From NCBI GenBank assembly GCA_963692865.2, contig OY843592.1, positions 608,001 to 672,000 of the forward strand: a stretch of 64,000 bases of DNA. The letters run 5' to 3'. The notes below the pieces were generated by a model. The model had not been told where the DNA came from and did no database searches. It saw nothing but the letters and a program-made list of their open reading frames with translations. The position numbers and the translations under genes are program-made. The DNA is from a bacterium. Lineage in GTDB: Bacteria > UBA8248. This document shows positions 1 through 11,360 of this stretch, piece by piece (position 1 is the first letter of the stretch; each line of letters starts with the position of its first letter).

Positions 1-172
1 TTGCGCAATTCATGGATGAGGCGGGATTCTAGCATCCGGGCCCTGGCTTCGGAACGACTATAAGGACGTAAAGTGAGGATTCCCCTCCCGGCGGCCCCTT
101 GCCGGATGGCGTGGGCCACCGAGGGGGAGGTATGTGGGGCGCGGCCCAGTGGTTGGGCCACGGCAGGATTTT

Positions 173-643
173 CTATGCGGCTCTCTGGAGAGCCTCTTGC
201 TGTTTCGCCACTCCCTGAACCAGCAGGACGTGGGCTTTCACTTTTTTCGCGAGACGCGGGGCGATGTGCGCCAACCCGAAGCGCCGCCTCAGCCATCCGC
301 CCTCTCCGGCGCCCAAGAGAACGAGGTCGGCGTCCAGCTTCTCCGCCGCCTCGACCACCTCATGCAGCGGAGCGCCGTTCGTCACGGAAACCTCGACGCG
401 CAGACCCCGGGCTTCCAGCTTGCGGCGCAAGGGCTGCAGATACGCTTCGCCCGAGCGCTTGCGCGCATCGTGAATCTGATCGGCGTAGGTCGTGTAGCCT
501 TCCAGTTGCCTCGACTGCATGACGCCGTTTTCCACCAGTTGCAGATGAACGACTTGCGGGTTCATCGAGAGGTGAACCACCTCATGTACGGCGGCTTCCG
601 CCTCTTCCGAACCGTCCAGGGGAATCAGTATTCGCTCATACAT
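173..643 (-). CDS. Universal stress protein (UspA family)
   Basis: MYERILIPLDGSE N-terminus and ADLVLLGA...G motif; start at 643 with a GGAG RBS. Confidence 0.85.
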   Translation of the reverse strand: MYERILIPLDGSEEAEAAVHEVVHLSMNPQVVHLQLVENGVMQSRQLEGYTTYADQIHDARKRSGEAYLQPLRRKLEARGLRVEVSVTNGAPLHEVVEAAEKLDADLVLLGAGEGGWLRRRFGLAHIAPRLAKKVKAHVLLVQGVAKQQEALQRAA

Positions 644-680
644 TGTTTCTCTCCGTTTCCCGAATTCCTGAGCCATGCTT

Positions 681-881
681 CTAGGCGGCTTTCCGCAATT
701 CCGATTGGGGGTTGATGGCGTCCAGCAGTTTCGTTTCGACCAGGGCTATCCTGGCGTCGTTCGTCTGCGCTGCTTTCGCCCGAGGCCGATGGATGATGCT
801 GGAGGTCATGAACCACCAAATCGCGGCGAATGCGAACAAAGCCGGAAGCCCCGCCACCACGTACATCTTGAGAAATTCCAT
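681..881 (-). CDS. Small single-TM hypothetical protein
   Basis: AGGAGG RBS before ATG 881; hydrophobic segment VVAGLPALFAFAAIWWF; directly upstream of the USP gene. Confidence 0.65.
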   Translation of the reverse strand: MEFLKMYVVAGLPALFAFAAIWWFMTSSIIHRPRAKAAQTNDARIALVETKLLDAINPQSELRKAA

Positions 882-939
882 CTCACGCCTCCTTTCCCTC
901 ATACTGCGGTACTCAGGAAACTCACTTGTCTATATTATA

Positions 940-956
940 AGCAAAATTCATGCCAA
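940..956 (-). promoter_or_regulatory. Sigma54 (-24/-12) promoter
   Basis: Minus strand TTGGCATGAATTTTGCT fits TGGCAN-N5-TTGC with exact GG-N10-GC spacing, ~60 bp upstream of the 881 start. Confidence 0.7.
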
Positions 957-1138
957 AACATGGGTATCTCACAAACCATCAAATTTACAAGGCTTTATGA
1001 CGTGATATGCGCGGTGGAAAGGAGCCAGCGGGATGAAAAACTTAACGATATTTCATAATTATACGATTTGCCGCCGACTTTTTGTCGTGCTATTCGTCGC
1101 AAACGATACGGCAAATCTACCCTGAAACCGTGTCCTTC

Positions 1139-1607
1139 GGGGGTTGTTGAAAAAATCCTCGCCGGGGGTGTCGCTTCCCCCCGCCAAGGGCGGCCACGGG
1201 GGGCCGCCCCTACGGGACCCCGGACTCGAAACGAGGCGTAGGGACAGGCCCCCGTGCCTGTCCATGCGAAGCGCAACCACGGGGGTGGACATATTCGATA
1301 CGGGAGGACACGCGGGTCCTCCCCTACGAAGACCCCATGATTGTTGTAGTGACAGCCCCTCCTCGGGGCTGTCCCACAGGTCGCGACCTGTCCCTACGGC
1401 TCCATTGCAGAGCGCCAACCAACCACTCCCCCCTTGAGGGGGTTGTTGAAAAACCTATCCCTCTCGCATCAACCACGTTTTACCCGTAGGGGTCGCATAT
1501 CATGCGACCCGTATTGTGAAGGCGAAAAGGCAGGGCCGCATGATATGCGGCCCCTACGGTGAGATACCGACCGGCCCGCAAGGGGTTTTTCAACAGCCCC
1601 TTGAGGG
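1139..1607. repeat. Repeat mosaic R1: GTAG-REP hairpins, MITE ends and a poly-C/G hairpin
   Basis: Contains GTAGGGACAGGCCCCCGTGCCTGTCC, GGGAGGACACGCGGGTCCTCCCCTAC, GTAGGGGTCGCATATCATGCGACCC and GGGTTGTTGAAAAA ends, all recurring elsewhere in the window. Confidence 0.85.
1440..1599. mobile_element. MITE (160 bp) carrying an inverted REP doublet
   Basis: TIRs GGGTTGTTGAAAAA / TTTTTCAACAGCCC flanked by the direct repeat CTTGAGG (1433-1439 and 1600-1606). Confidence 0.75.
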
Positions 1608-1678
1608 TCGGTCTTCCCGAGGAGGAAAGACCGGCTGAACCTGCCCCATCGTCCCTTTCACGGTCTGGGAACCGGTTC

Positions 1679-2335
1679 TCAGTCCTGCAGGCGGCTGAAA
1701 AAATAGCCCGCGCAAAGGCCCAGAACGACCCAGAAGGCGGCCGAGGCCATGAGCGCCGTGAGGATGAATCTCTCGAGAAGCGCCCGGGGAACCAGTCCGC
1801 CGTCCGCTTCGGGGTGGGGGGCGCCGATGACGTGCGGGAGAACCATGAGGACGACGCCCAGCGCCTTGAAAACCGCCCCCGGCTTGAAAGCCAGGAGAGC
1901 AAGGCCCGCCGCCGTGGCCGCGACTGTCAGAATCCACCAGAGCTGTCTGTGCGGCAGGGAGGCCGCAGGGACTCCGGGGAGTTCGGGCGGCAAGCCCACC
2001 GCGGGCGCGAGGGAGAAGACGATGAAGCCGCCCACTCCCCACAGAATTCCCCGCCGCCAGTCCACCTCGCCGCGTATGGCGAAACAGCCGACGAGCAAAA
2101 GCGCGAAGCCGACGCCCGAGACGACGTTCGAGACCAGGGTGAGGGCCAGGCGCGAGGCGTCCCCCTTCCCACCCGAGTGGTCCTCATGGGTCTGGGGGAG
2201 GGGGACGGGTTCTCGCCGCTCGTATTTTTCCGCCTCGTATATCAGGGGAATGACTTGAACCGACTGAACGGCGGTGGCGAATAGCCCCGCGATCACGCCC
2301 GAGACGACGGCCGCGAAAAAGATTCTCTGGAACAT
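1679..2335 (-). CDS. cbtA: CbtA family putative cobalt transporter
   Basis: MFQRIFFAAVVSG...PLIYEAEKYE, LPPELPG...RQLWW and PHVIGAP motifs; several TM helices. Confidence 0.85.
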   Translation of the reverse strand: MFQRIFFAAVVSGVIAGLFATAVQSVQVIPLIYEAEKYERREPVPLPQTHEDHSGGKGDASRLALTLVSNVVSGVGFALLLVGCFAIRGEVDWRRGILWGVGGFIVFSLAPAVGLPPELPGVPAASLPHRQLWWILTVAATAAGLALLAFKPGAVFKALGVVLMVLPHVIGAPHPEADGGLVPRALLERFILTALMASAAFWVVLGLCAGYFFSRLQD

Positions 2336-2385
2336 GCCTGTTCCCCAAATTGTCCGTCAAAAGCAGGGTGCGGCCTTCGGCCTTT

Positions 2386-2769
2386 CTACTTCATCTCCAT
2401 CATCTCGACCACGACGCCGTCGGGGCCTTCCACGTAGGCGAACCAGAGCTCATCCGCCTCGCCTTCAGCGATGACGTTTCCGCCGTTCGCGCGGACCTCG
2501 GCGACCGCATCGGCGAGTTTGCCCTCCACGCAGTACGCATAGTGATCGATGCTGTAGCGCGGCCAGCCGCCCGGCCCGTCCGCCAGTTCCTCGCCGTCGC
2601 GCTTGCCGCGAATGATGATGCTCGCGCCCTGAACGTCGAGATAGACCTGCGGCGCGCCGCCTCGGTCGATGCGGTTGGTCTCGGTCGCCCCGAAGACGTT
2701 CACGTAGAAGGCCACCGCCTCGTCCACGTCCGTGTGCACGCAATGAATATGATCGAACGTCAGTTTCAT
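2386..2769 (-). CDS. VOC/glyoxalase family protein
   Basis: FDHIH...AVAFY...FG, IDHYAY and GPDGVVVE motifs. Confidence 0.85.
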   Translation of the reverse strand: MKLTFDHIHCVHTDVDEAVAFYVNVFGATETNRIDRGGAPQVYLDVQGASIIIRGKRDGEELADGPGGWPRYSIDHYAYCVEGKLADAVAEVRANGGNVIAEGEADELWFAYVEGPDGVVVEMMEMK

Positions 2770-2824
2770 TTTTTCTCTTCTCCCGTTGGTATGGATTGAA
2801 AAAGCCTGTGCGTTTCGTTTTACC

Positions 2825-3262
2825 TCAAACCGCCGGGTCCACCCAGTTGAGTTCGAGCAGGTTGCCGTCGGGGTCCTTGAAGAAGATCGTCTTTCTCTCG
2901 GGCACGCGGGATAGTATGCCGGACAACAATTCCACGCCCGCGTCTTGCAGGTGCGCCACGGCGGCCTCCATGTCCTTCACCCAGAAGGTGAGGTAGCGAA
3001 ACCCGGCCGCCGAATCCGCGAGCGCATCCGCGGCGCCCGGCGCATCCGGGAATTCGAGCAGCTTGATGAGCACCTCGCCCGATTTCAGGGCGTGGAGCTT
3101 CACGCCGCCTTTGGCGAAACCCGCCGCGCGCACGAAATCGCCCGGCACGTCGATAACCGCCGCCTCTTCGAGGCCCAGCACCTCGGTGTAGAACTTCTTC
3201 ATCGCGTCGATGTTCCTCGTGGAAAGCCCCACGTCCACGCCGCCGCGCGTCGTCTCGAACAT
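2825..3262 (-). CDS. VOC/glyoxalase family protein
   Basis: FYTEVLGL and FFKDPDGNLLEL motifs; GGAGG RBS before ATG 3262. Confidence 0.85.
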   Translation of the reverse strand: MFETTRGGVDVGLSTRNIDAMKKFYTEVLGLEEAAVIDVPGDFVRAAGFAKGGVKLHALKSGEVLIKLLEFPDAPGAADALADSAAGFRYLTFWVKDMEAAVAHLQDAGVELLSGILSRVPERKTIFFKDPDGNLLELNWVDPAV

Positions 3263-3466
3263 ACCTGCCTCCTGAGTGGCGCAAACCGAAAAGGAGCCGA
3301 CCCCCTCAACTCGATTGCGCGAAACGAGCAATGAAGATACATTATTTCCCATAAAGAGAAAATCTACGGGAAGGCGGGCGCCGCTCGAACGTGATCGACC
3401 CATGAGCGGTCGCGCGCAGCGCCGGGCGGTTCTGACGCCAATGGCGCGTGGAGAACGGGACCAGGT

Positions 3467-3943
3467 ATGCGCAAGGCCGATCTGATAACGGGCGTCGCTT
3501 TTCTCGCCTTCACCATCGTCTCATTCGCGTATCTCATCCCCTACCAGATCGTCTCCTCGATTCCCATCGACGAATCGACCCCCGCCGTCCTGCGGCCCGA
3601 GTTCTTCCCGCAACTCACCATGGCGCTCTTCGCTGTCACCTGCGTGCTGATGATGGGCGCCGCGCTCAAGAACTTCTCGGGCGAGCGATTATGGGACGAC
3701 GCGAAAGGTTCGCTCACCCGGGTCTGCTCCGTCCTCGTCCTCACGCTCCTCTACGTGCAGGCGCTCAAGCTCCTTGGATTCGCTTACACTTCTCCATTCT
3801 TCATGGCCGCCATCATCTATCTCCTCGGAATCAGGGACTGGCGTCTGCTCGTCTCGACCGCCATCCTGTTCCCGCTGTTCCTGACGTATTTCTTCTGGTT
3901 CAGCTTCCAGGTCATCCTGCCCGAAGGGAGCTTGTTCCCTTGA
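3467..3943 (+). CDS. tctB: Tripartite tricarboxylate transporter small subunit TctB
   Basis: Four TM helices, PEFFP motif and C-terminal F..ILPEG; overlaps the tctA start. Confidence 0.8.
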   Translation: MRKADLITGVAFLAFTIVSFAYLIPYQIVSSIPIDESTPAVLRPEFFPQLTMALFAVTCVLMMGAALKNFSGERLWDDAKGSLTRVCSVLVLTLLYVQALKLLGFAYTSPFFMAAIIYLLGIRDWRLLVSTAILFPLFLTYFFWFSFQVILPEGSLFP

Positions 3944-5436
3944 TCGAGCAAATCCTCGAGGGCATCTCGATCGCGCTCACGTTCGAGGCGCTGGGCATGG
4001 TGGCGATCGGCGTTTTCGCAGGGATCACCGTGGGCGCGATTCCCGGCTTGACCGGCGTGATGGCGACGGCGATTCTCGTGCCCTTTTCCTTCTTCATGGC
4101 GCCCACGCTTGGCATCCCCTTTCTGCTGGGCGTTCACAAGGGCGCGCTCTTCGGCGGCTCGATTCCGGCGATCCTCGTGAACACGCCCGGTACCCCGCCC
4201 GCGGCGGCCACCTGTCTCGACGGTTACCCCCTCGCCCAGAAGGGCGAGGCGAAAAGCGCGATCCAGATGTCACTCTACTCCTCCACCCTGGGCGATACGT
4301 TCAGCGACATCGCGCTCATCGTCGCGGCCATCCCGCTCGCGGCGATGGCGCTCAAGTTCGGGCCGGCGGATTTCTTCGGCCTGCTCGTCATGGGCCTCAC
4401 CGTCATATCGAGCGTCACGGGCGCTTCGGTGTCGAAGGGCATCCTCTCCGCCCTCATCGGACTGATGTTCGGCCTGGTGGGACTCGACGCCATCTCGGGG
4501 GCGGAGCGGTTCACCTTCAGCCTGCCCACGCTCGAGGGGGGCATCGGCCTCGTGCCCCTGCTCATCGGCCTGTTCGCGGTGAGCGAAGTGCTCATCCAGG
4601 CGGAGAAGAAGATAACCCAACTCGCCGAAAAGCCGCCGACCTCGCACTTGAGGGGCGGACGCTCGCTCAAGATGGAGGAGTTCACGGCGTCCGGCAGGAC
4701 GATCTTCCGCTCCTCGATCATCGGAACCATCGTGGGCGCGATTCCCGGAACGGGTTCTTCCATCGCGACGTTCATCGGCTACGGCGCGGCGAAGCGGGCT
4801 TCCAAGAAACCCGAGGAATTCGGCAAAGGCAGCTACGAGGGGGTGGCGGCGGCCGAAGCCGCCAACAGCGCCGTGGCGGGGGCGGACCTCATTCCCACCC
4901 TCACGCTGGGCATCCCCGGCGGGGGGACGGCGGCCATCCTGATGGGGGCGTTCATCGCGCAGGGACTGCGGCCCGGGCCCTCGCTGTTCGAGGAAAACGC
5001 CACGACGATGTACGCCATATTCGCCCTGCTCCTGATCGGGAACCCCATCATGCTCGTCCAGGGCTGGCTGCTCACCGGCATATTCGCCTGGGTGGTCACC
5101 ATCCGGCAGTCGCTGCTGCTGCCCTGCATCATCATGTTCTGCGTGGTGGGGGGATACATCTTCCAGAACAATTTGGGCGACGTGGAGCTTTCCCTCATCG
5201 CTGGCGTGTTCGGCTATCTGCTCAGGAAGATGAACTACCCGCTCGCGCCGCTCGTGATCGCCTACATCATCACGCCGATGGCGGAGCGTTCCTTCAAACA
5301 GGCGCTTCTGCTCTCGCAAGGCGATTACTCGGTGTTCTTCACCCGTCCGATTTCGCTGTTCTTCATTCTCTTGGCCGCACTGATTCTTTTCATGAGCATC
5401 TGGAAGCGGCCCTGGGCGACGCCCGGGGGCGAATAG
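3940..5436 (+). CDS. tctA: Tripartite tricarboxylate transporter permease TctA
   Basis: GAIPGL, GGSIPAILVNTPGTP, DGYPLA and IPTLTLGIPG motifs; TTG start overlaps the tctB stop. Confidence 0.9.
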   Translation: MIEQILEGISIALTFEALGMVAIGVFAGITVGAIPGLTGVMATAILVPFSFFMAPTLGIPFLLGVHKGALFGGSIPAILVNTPGTPPAAATCLDGYPLAQKGEAKSAIQMSLYSSTLGDTFSDIALIVAAIPLAAMALKFGPADFFGLLVMGLTVISSVTGASVSKGILSALIGLMFGLVGLDAISGAERFTFSLPTLEGGIGLVPLLIGLFAVSEVLIQAEKKITQLAEKPPTSHLRGGRSLKMEEFTASGRTIFRSSIIGTIVGAIPGTGSSIATFIGYGAAKRASKKPEEFGKGSYEGVAAAEAANSAVAGADLIPTLTLGIPGGGTAAILMGAFIAQGLRPGPSLFEENATTMYAIFALLLIGNPIMLVQGWLLTGIFAWVVTIRQSLLLPCIIMFCVVGGYIFQNNLGDVELSLIAGVFGYLLRKMNYPLAPLVIAYIITPMAERSFKQALLLSQGDYSVFFTRPISLFFILLAALILFMSIWKRPWATPGGE

Positions 5437-5462
5437 ATGCCTACCCTAAAAGGAGACCGTAC

Positions 5463-6452
5463 ATGAAAATCACGAAAATACTCCCGGCGGGACTCGCGCT
5501 TGCGCTCGCACTCGTATTCCTGACGAGCGCGACGCCGACGGACGCCGCCAGAAAGTTCCCCTGGAAGCCCATCCGCGTCATCGTGGCCCTTGGCGCGGGC
5601 GGCTCGCATGACATGAACTCCCGCGCCGTGGCGAGCGTGGCCAACGATTACTTCGGCCAGCCGATGATCGTCCAGCTCATGCCGGGCGGCGGCGGCAAGA
5701 TCGGGATGACGGCGCTCAAGCGCGCGAAGCCCGACGGCCACACCATCATGCTGGCTTCCGCATCGCATCTCACCATCGGCCCGCACGTGCGCAACATGGG
5801 CTACGACCCGCTCAAGGACTTCGTTCCCATTTTCATGATCAACAAGGCGGACTACATGATGGTCTCCCCGGCGTCGAAGCCCTGGAAGAATTTCAAGGAA
5901 TTCGAAGCGGCGGCCAAAAAGAACCCCGGCAAGGTGAGCTACGGCTCCTCGGGCATCTACGGGACGGGGCATCTCATGATCCTCAAGATCATGGCCGACA
6001 CGGGCATCAAGCTGAACCACATTCCCTTCAAGGGCGGCGGCCCCGCCTTCCGCGCCATGCTCGGCGGCCACGTGGACAGCGCCGGCGCGCTTCCCGCCAC
6101 GGGCGGCACGCTGGGACGCTACAGGCGCGGGCAGCTGAACATCCTGGGCGTCTGCTCGGAGAAGCGCGTGAAGCTGTTCCCCAAGGTCCCGACCATGAAG
6201 GAAAACGGCGTGGACTTCATACTGGCTTCGAAACGCTTCTACATCGCGCCCAAGGGTATCCCGCAGGACCGCGTCGACTTTCTGGTGGAAGGTTTCAAGA
6301 AGCTGCTCAAGAACAAGTCCTACCTGAGACTCATCAGCAAAATGGGCGAGACGCCCACGCCACTCTACGGCGATGCGCTCAAGAAAGACCTCGCGGACGA
6401 ATATAATCGTTTCGGAAAGATTTTCGCCAGCATCGGCGTGAAGAAGAAATAG
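5463..6452 (+). CDS. tctC: Tripartite tricarboxylate transporter substrate-binding protein (TctC/Bug)
   Basis: Signal peptide; FP.KPIRVIV...GGS.D, AKPDGHT and HIPFKGGG motifs. Confidence 0.9.
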   Translation: MKITKILPAGLALALALVFLTSATPTDAARKFPWKPIRVIVALGAGGSHDMNSRAVASVANDYFGQPMIVQLMPGGGGKIGMTALKRAKPDGHTIMLASASHLTIGPHVRNMGYDPLKDFVPIFMINKADYMMVSPASKPWKNFKEFEAAAKKNPGKVSYGSSGIYGTGHLMILKIMADTGIKLNHIPFKGGGPAFRAMLGGHVDSAGALPATGGTLGRYRRGQLNILGVCSEKRVKLFPKVPTMKENGVDFILASKRFYIAPKGIPQDRVDFLVEGFKKLLKNKSYLRLISKMGETPTPLYGDALKKDLADEYNRFGKIFASIGVKKK

Positions 6453-6463
6453 GCTTCACCAGC

Positions 6464-6499
6464 AAAAACCGCCGGGGTCTCGCGCGAGGCCCCGGCGGT
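6464..6499. terminator. Strong GC hairpin downstream of tctC between convergent genes
   Basis: ACCGCCGGGGTCTCG-CG-CGAGGCCCCGGCGGT preceded by an A-run (U-tract on the minus strand). Confidence 0.6.
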
Positions 6500-6509
6500 C
6501 TCGCCGTGA

Positions 6510-6875
6510 CGCCCTTCGATACGCGGGTTCAGGGTCCATTCGCGAATGTAGGCCGCTCACGAGGGGCTGTTGAAAAAGCCCCGGGCGGCGATTTTGAGTT
6601 TCGCGCACGCTTTTGAATTTCACTCCCCCCTTGAGGGGGAGTCAACGAGGCAAGGGCGAAGCCCGCAGGCGAGTTGGTGGGGGGTATAATTCGGAATGGC
6701 GCTAAAACGCGATTGATGAATGAGCGTTTGCGAATTGTTTTTCCCTCACCCCCAATCGTTCCTGATGCGCCCCGGCGAACCCTCCCTCATCCGGTCGTGT
6801 TCGTGCCTTCGATACGGCGCTTACGCGCCTACTCAGGATGAGGGTTCAGAGCGCCTACTCGGGATGAGGGGAAAG
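6510..6875. repeat. Repeat mosaic R2
   Basis: CCCTTCGATAC..., GGGCTGTTGAAAAAG, ACTCCCCCCTTGAGGGGGAGTC and CCTTCGATACGGCGCTTACGCGCCTACTCAGGATGA, shared with 19.8-20.2 kb. Confidence 0.8.
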
Positions 6876-6919
6876 GGGGAACGTCAAGACGACGCAGGGC
6901 GAGGAAGGCGGCCGCGCCC

Positions 6920-7651
6920 TCAAGGCGAATCTACCGGCGGCCAGATGCGCTTTCCGGTGCTCGGGGATCCGGGCGCATGCACGAGGCTGCCCACCATCTC
7001 GCGCGACCACTCCTCGCTCTCCAGTTCTTTCTGGAAATAATGCTCGACGGAAGTGTCGAGATCGAACTCATAGAGCACGGCGTGCTTGGCCCATCCGCAG
7101 ATCGAGACCAGTTTGCGCATGCCCACACAGCCCTCCAGGGTCTGCATGCGCGGAAAGCGGAGCTGCACGTACCATGCGCCCATGCCCTCCTCGTTCTCGA
7201 GCGCGTTGCTGTTGAAGCTCCCCATCTGAATCCTGGGGCCCGGCGTGATGCCCGGGCCGCGCTGCGCTATCGCCGGGCCGTCGATCCGCCCCGTCTCTAC
7301 GAAGACGCACTCGCGCGCGCCCATGCGCATCCCCAGCATCTCGCGCTCATCCGGCCCCCGGTTTTCGGCCAACTGCGCAGGAGAGGGATTCAGGAAGGTA
7401 TGGACGCCCTCGGCGCCGAAAAGCACCAGATACCCGTTGCCGGCCGGAACGGAAGGGTCGTCCGTGTGCGTGAGGCGCCGGTTCACGTTCTTTTTGCGTT
7501 CTTCGCTCTTGTCGTTGTCCACGTGCGCCGCCCACAGATAACCCGAGCGTTCGAGCATCTCGGGCAGATGCACCTCGTGCAGCCATGCGATGTACTCGTT
7601 CGCCCCATCCTCGGGCAGGTCGTACCACGTCGCCCAAATCGCCCTGTCCAT
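6920..7651 (-). CDS. Hypothetical protein with two ferredoxin-like (EthD/DUF4286-like) repeats
   Basis: EYIAWLHEVHLPEML and AWYVQLRFP repeats; AAGGAGG RBS before 7651. Confidence 0.6.
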   Translation of the reverse strand: MDRAIWATWYDLPEDGANEYIAWLHEVHLPEMLERSGYLWAAHVDNDKSEERKKNVNRRLTHTDDPSVPAGNGYLVLFGAEGVHTFLNPSPAQLAENRGPDEREMLGMRMGARECVFVETGRIDGPAIAQRGPGITPGPRIQMGSFNSNALENEEGMGAWYVQLRFPRMQTLEGCVGMRKLVSICGWAKHAVLYEFDLDTSVEHYFQKELESEEWSREMVGSLVHAPGSPSTGKRIWPPVDSP

Positions 7652-7677
7652 CAAATCCCTCCTTGCGCCTTTTGGAT

Positions 7678-9240
<1,563 letters not shown>

Positions 9241-9335
9241 CTCCGCCCCTCCTGCTCTCCCAAATGATGAAAAGGAAGGGTATCATATCAAAAGATATCC
9301 GGGGCTTATTATTTCACCGAAAAAAAGACCATGAC

Positions 9336-10499
9336 ATGAAACCGCTATCGCTCTACGTCCATATCCCCTTCTGCATCGCAAAGTGCGGCTATTGCGATTT
9401 CAACTCCTACGCCCTGGACACCCTGCTGGAAAAAGGCCGCGCGGGCGAGGACTGGACGCGCCGCTATGCGGATGCGCTGATAGAAGAAACGAAAGGCCGC
9501 CTCCAAGGGTTTTCCCTGGAAGACCGGCGGGTGAACACCATCTTCTTCGGCGGGGGCACGCCCTCGCTGTTCCCGGCGGAAGAAACGAGGCGCGTTCTGA
9601 ATCTTCTCACCGAATCGTTCGATCTCGCGCCTGATTGTGAGATCACCCTGGAGGCGAATCCCGGAGCCGCGGAGGCGGAGCGCTTCGGCGCGTTGCGCGA
9701 GGCGGGCGTCAACCGCATCAGCATCGGCGTCCAGACGTTCGATGATGCGGCGCTCAATAGACTCGACCGGGTCCACACGGGCGACGACGCGGAGCGCGCC
9801 TTCCGCTCCGCGCGCGAGGCGGGCTTCGCCAACGTCTCGCTCGATCTCATGTTCGGCATCCCGTATCAAACGATCCCCATGGCGGCGCGAGACATCGAGC
9901 GCGCCATCGCCCTCGGCCCCGAGCACCTCTCCGCCTACGAACTGACCATAGAACCCGGCACGGCGTTCCACGCGCGGCAGGCGCGGGGGGAGTTGAACGG
10001 CCTCCCGGACGAGGAGACGGCGCTCCGCATGTGGGAACTCAGGGATTCCGTCCTCGCCGAGTCCGGTTACGAGCGCTACGAGATCAGCAACTTCGCAAGG
10101 CCCGGTTTCGCCTGCATGCACAACCTGAACTACTGGCGGCGGGGGGACTATCTGGGAATCGGAGCGGGAGCGCATTCGCTTCTGGAGGGGCGGCGTTTCT
10201 GGAACCACGCCAGGCCCGACGTCTATGCGCAGAACGCGAGCGATCCCACCGCGAACTTCGAGCGCGTGGATGAACCGGAAAAAGCGCTCGGCGAGGCCTT
10301 GATGCTCGGCCTGCGCATGAGGGAGGGCGTTTCGCTCGAACGAATCGCGCGAGAATGCGGCGCGGACCCGGAAGTCGCGTTCGGGGAGTTGTTTGAAGAG
10401 TTGGAGAGTTCCGGCCTGGTGGCGAGGGAGAACGGAAGCCTCCGTCTTTCGGAGGAGGGAACCCTGCTGGCCAACCGGGTCCTGGCGAAATTTCTATAG
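9336..10499 (+). CDS. hemW: Radical SAM heme chaperone HemW
   Basis: LYVHIPFCIAKCGYCDF, FFGGGTPS and YEISNFA...HNLNYW motifs. Confidence 0.9.
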   Translation: MKPLSLYVHIPFCIAKCGYCDFNSYALDTLLEKGRAGEDWTRRYADALIEETKGRLQGFSLEDRRVNTIFFGGGTPSLFPAEETRRVLNLLTESFDLAPDCEITLEANPGAAEAERFGALREAGVNRISIGVQTFDDAALNRLDRVHTGDDAERAFRSAREAGFANVSLDLMFGIPYQTIPMAARDIERAIALGPEHLSAYELTIEPGTAFHARQARGELNGLPDEETALRMWELRDSVLAESGYERYEISNFARPGFACMHNLNYWRRGDYLGIGAGAHSLLEGRRFWNHARPDVYAQNASDPTANFERVDEPEKALGEALMLGLRMREGVSLERIARECGADPEVAFGELFEELESSGLVARENGSLRLSEEGTLLANRVLAKFL

Positions 10500-10505
10500 A
10501 GGAGA

Positions 10506-10931
10506 ATGCCCATGCCTCCCGTGGCGGTCATCGAAAAAATACGCGCTCCCGCCGAAGAAGTGTTCGGCTTCATCGGCCACGTGGAAACGCACCCTCGAAT
10601 CGCGGACTTCAGCCAGAGCGTCAAAATCATCTCCGAGCGGAAAACCGGCGTAGGCGCCCGATTCCACCAAGTCTACACGAACGGGGCCGAGCACGTCTCG
10701 GAGATGATGGTATGGGAGCCGTATAAAAAAATCGTCTGGCACAACTTCGAGGGCGACTCGAAAACGCCCGTGATGATCATCAGCTACTACTTCGAGGAAG
10801 AAGGCCCCTACACCCACATCCTACACACGGTCGAGTGCGACGAATACGAGAACCAGGCCAGGCACCGCGACGGCACGCTCCGAAACATCCGCGAACTCGC
10901 GAATTTGAAGAGGATTCTGGAGGGGGGGTAG
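10506..10931 (+). CDS. SRPBCC/polyketide-cyclase-like protein
   Basis: IRAPAEEVFGF...GVGARF and C-terminal LANLKRILE helix. Confidence 0.75.
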   Translation: MPMPPVAVIEKIRAPAEEVFGFIGHVETHPRIADFSQSVKIISERKTGVGARFHQVYTNGAEHVSEMMVWEPYKKIVWHNFEGDSKTPVMIISYYFEEEGPYTHILHTVECDEYENQARHRDGTLRNIRELANLKRILEGG

Positions 10932-10941
10932 ATCTCTGAGA

Positions 10942-11358
10942 TTATAGCTCCTTGGGAGATGACTCGTAGAATCTCAGAACTCGTGGCGTTGTATGTTCCG
11001 ATGATTCAAGCCCTTGGCGAATTTTCACTAATACCGCGTCGCTTACTCGCTCGTGGGGCTGAAGTAAATTCTTACGGACTCCTTCCGTAAGCTTGTTCGC
11101 CTCCTCGATTCGGGCCTTTGCGTAAACGACGAAACTTTTATTTTTCACGAACCTATGATCGCCGGCTTCCAGAACGCAGGCGGGATCATGATATTTATCG
11201 TCGTAAACGGTGGAAAGACTGACAAGCAGCACCTTCTGAACATCATCGCCCATCTCGTCGAATGGATTCGTAAGAACAACGAACAGGTGAAACCGATCAG
11301 GGTCATGATCGGGCCCGGATGGTATGAGGAGGGTAGCGCCTGGATATGGCAGGAACAT
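10942..11358 (-). CDS. Putative PemK/MazF-like toxin
   Basis: G.TLLIP...HLFVVLT...VLLVSLST...D.ACVL..GDH.F pattern; 2 bp downstream of the Panacea gene; low GC. Confidence 0.55.
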   Translation of the reverse strand: MFLPYPGATLLIPSGPDHDPDRFHLFVVLTNPFDEMGDDVQKVLLVSLSTVYDDKYHDPACVLEAGDHRFVKNKSFVVYAKARIEEANKLTEGVRKNLLQPHERVSDAVLVKIRQGLESSEHTTPRVLRFYESSPKEL

Positions 11359-11360
11359 AC

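Noticed and set aside
3448-3939. N-terminal extension of TctA in the ORF track
   Set aside because: It overlaps tctB in another frame; TctA similarity begins at the TTG at 3940.
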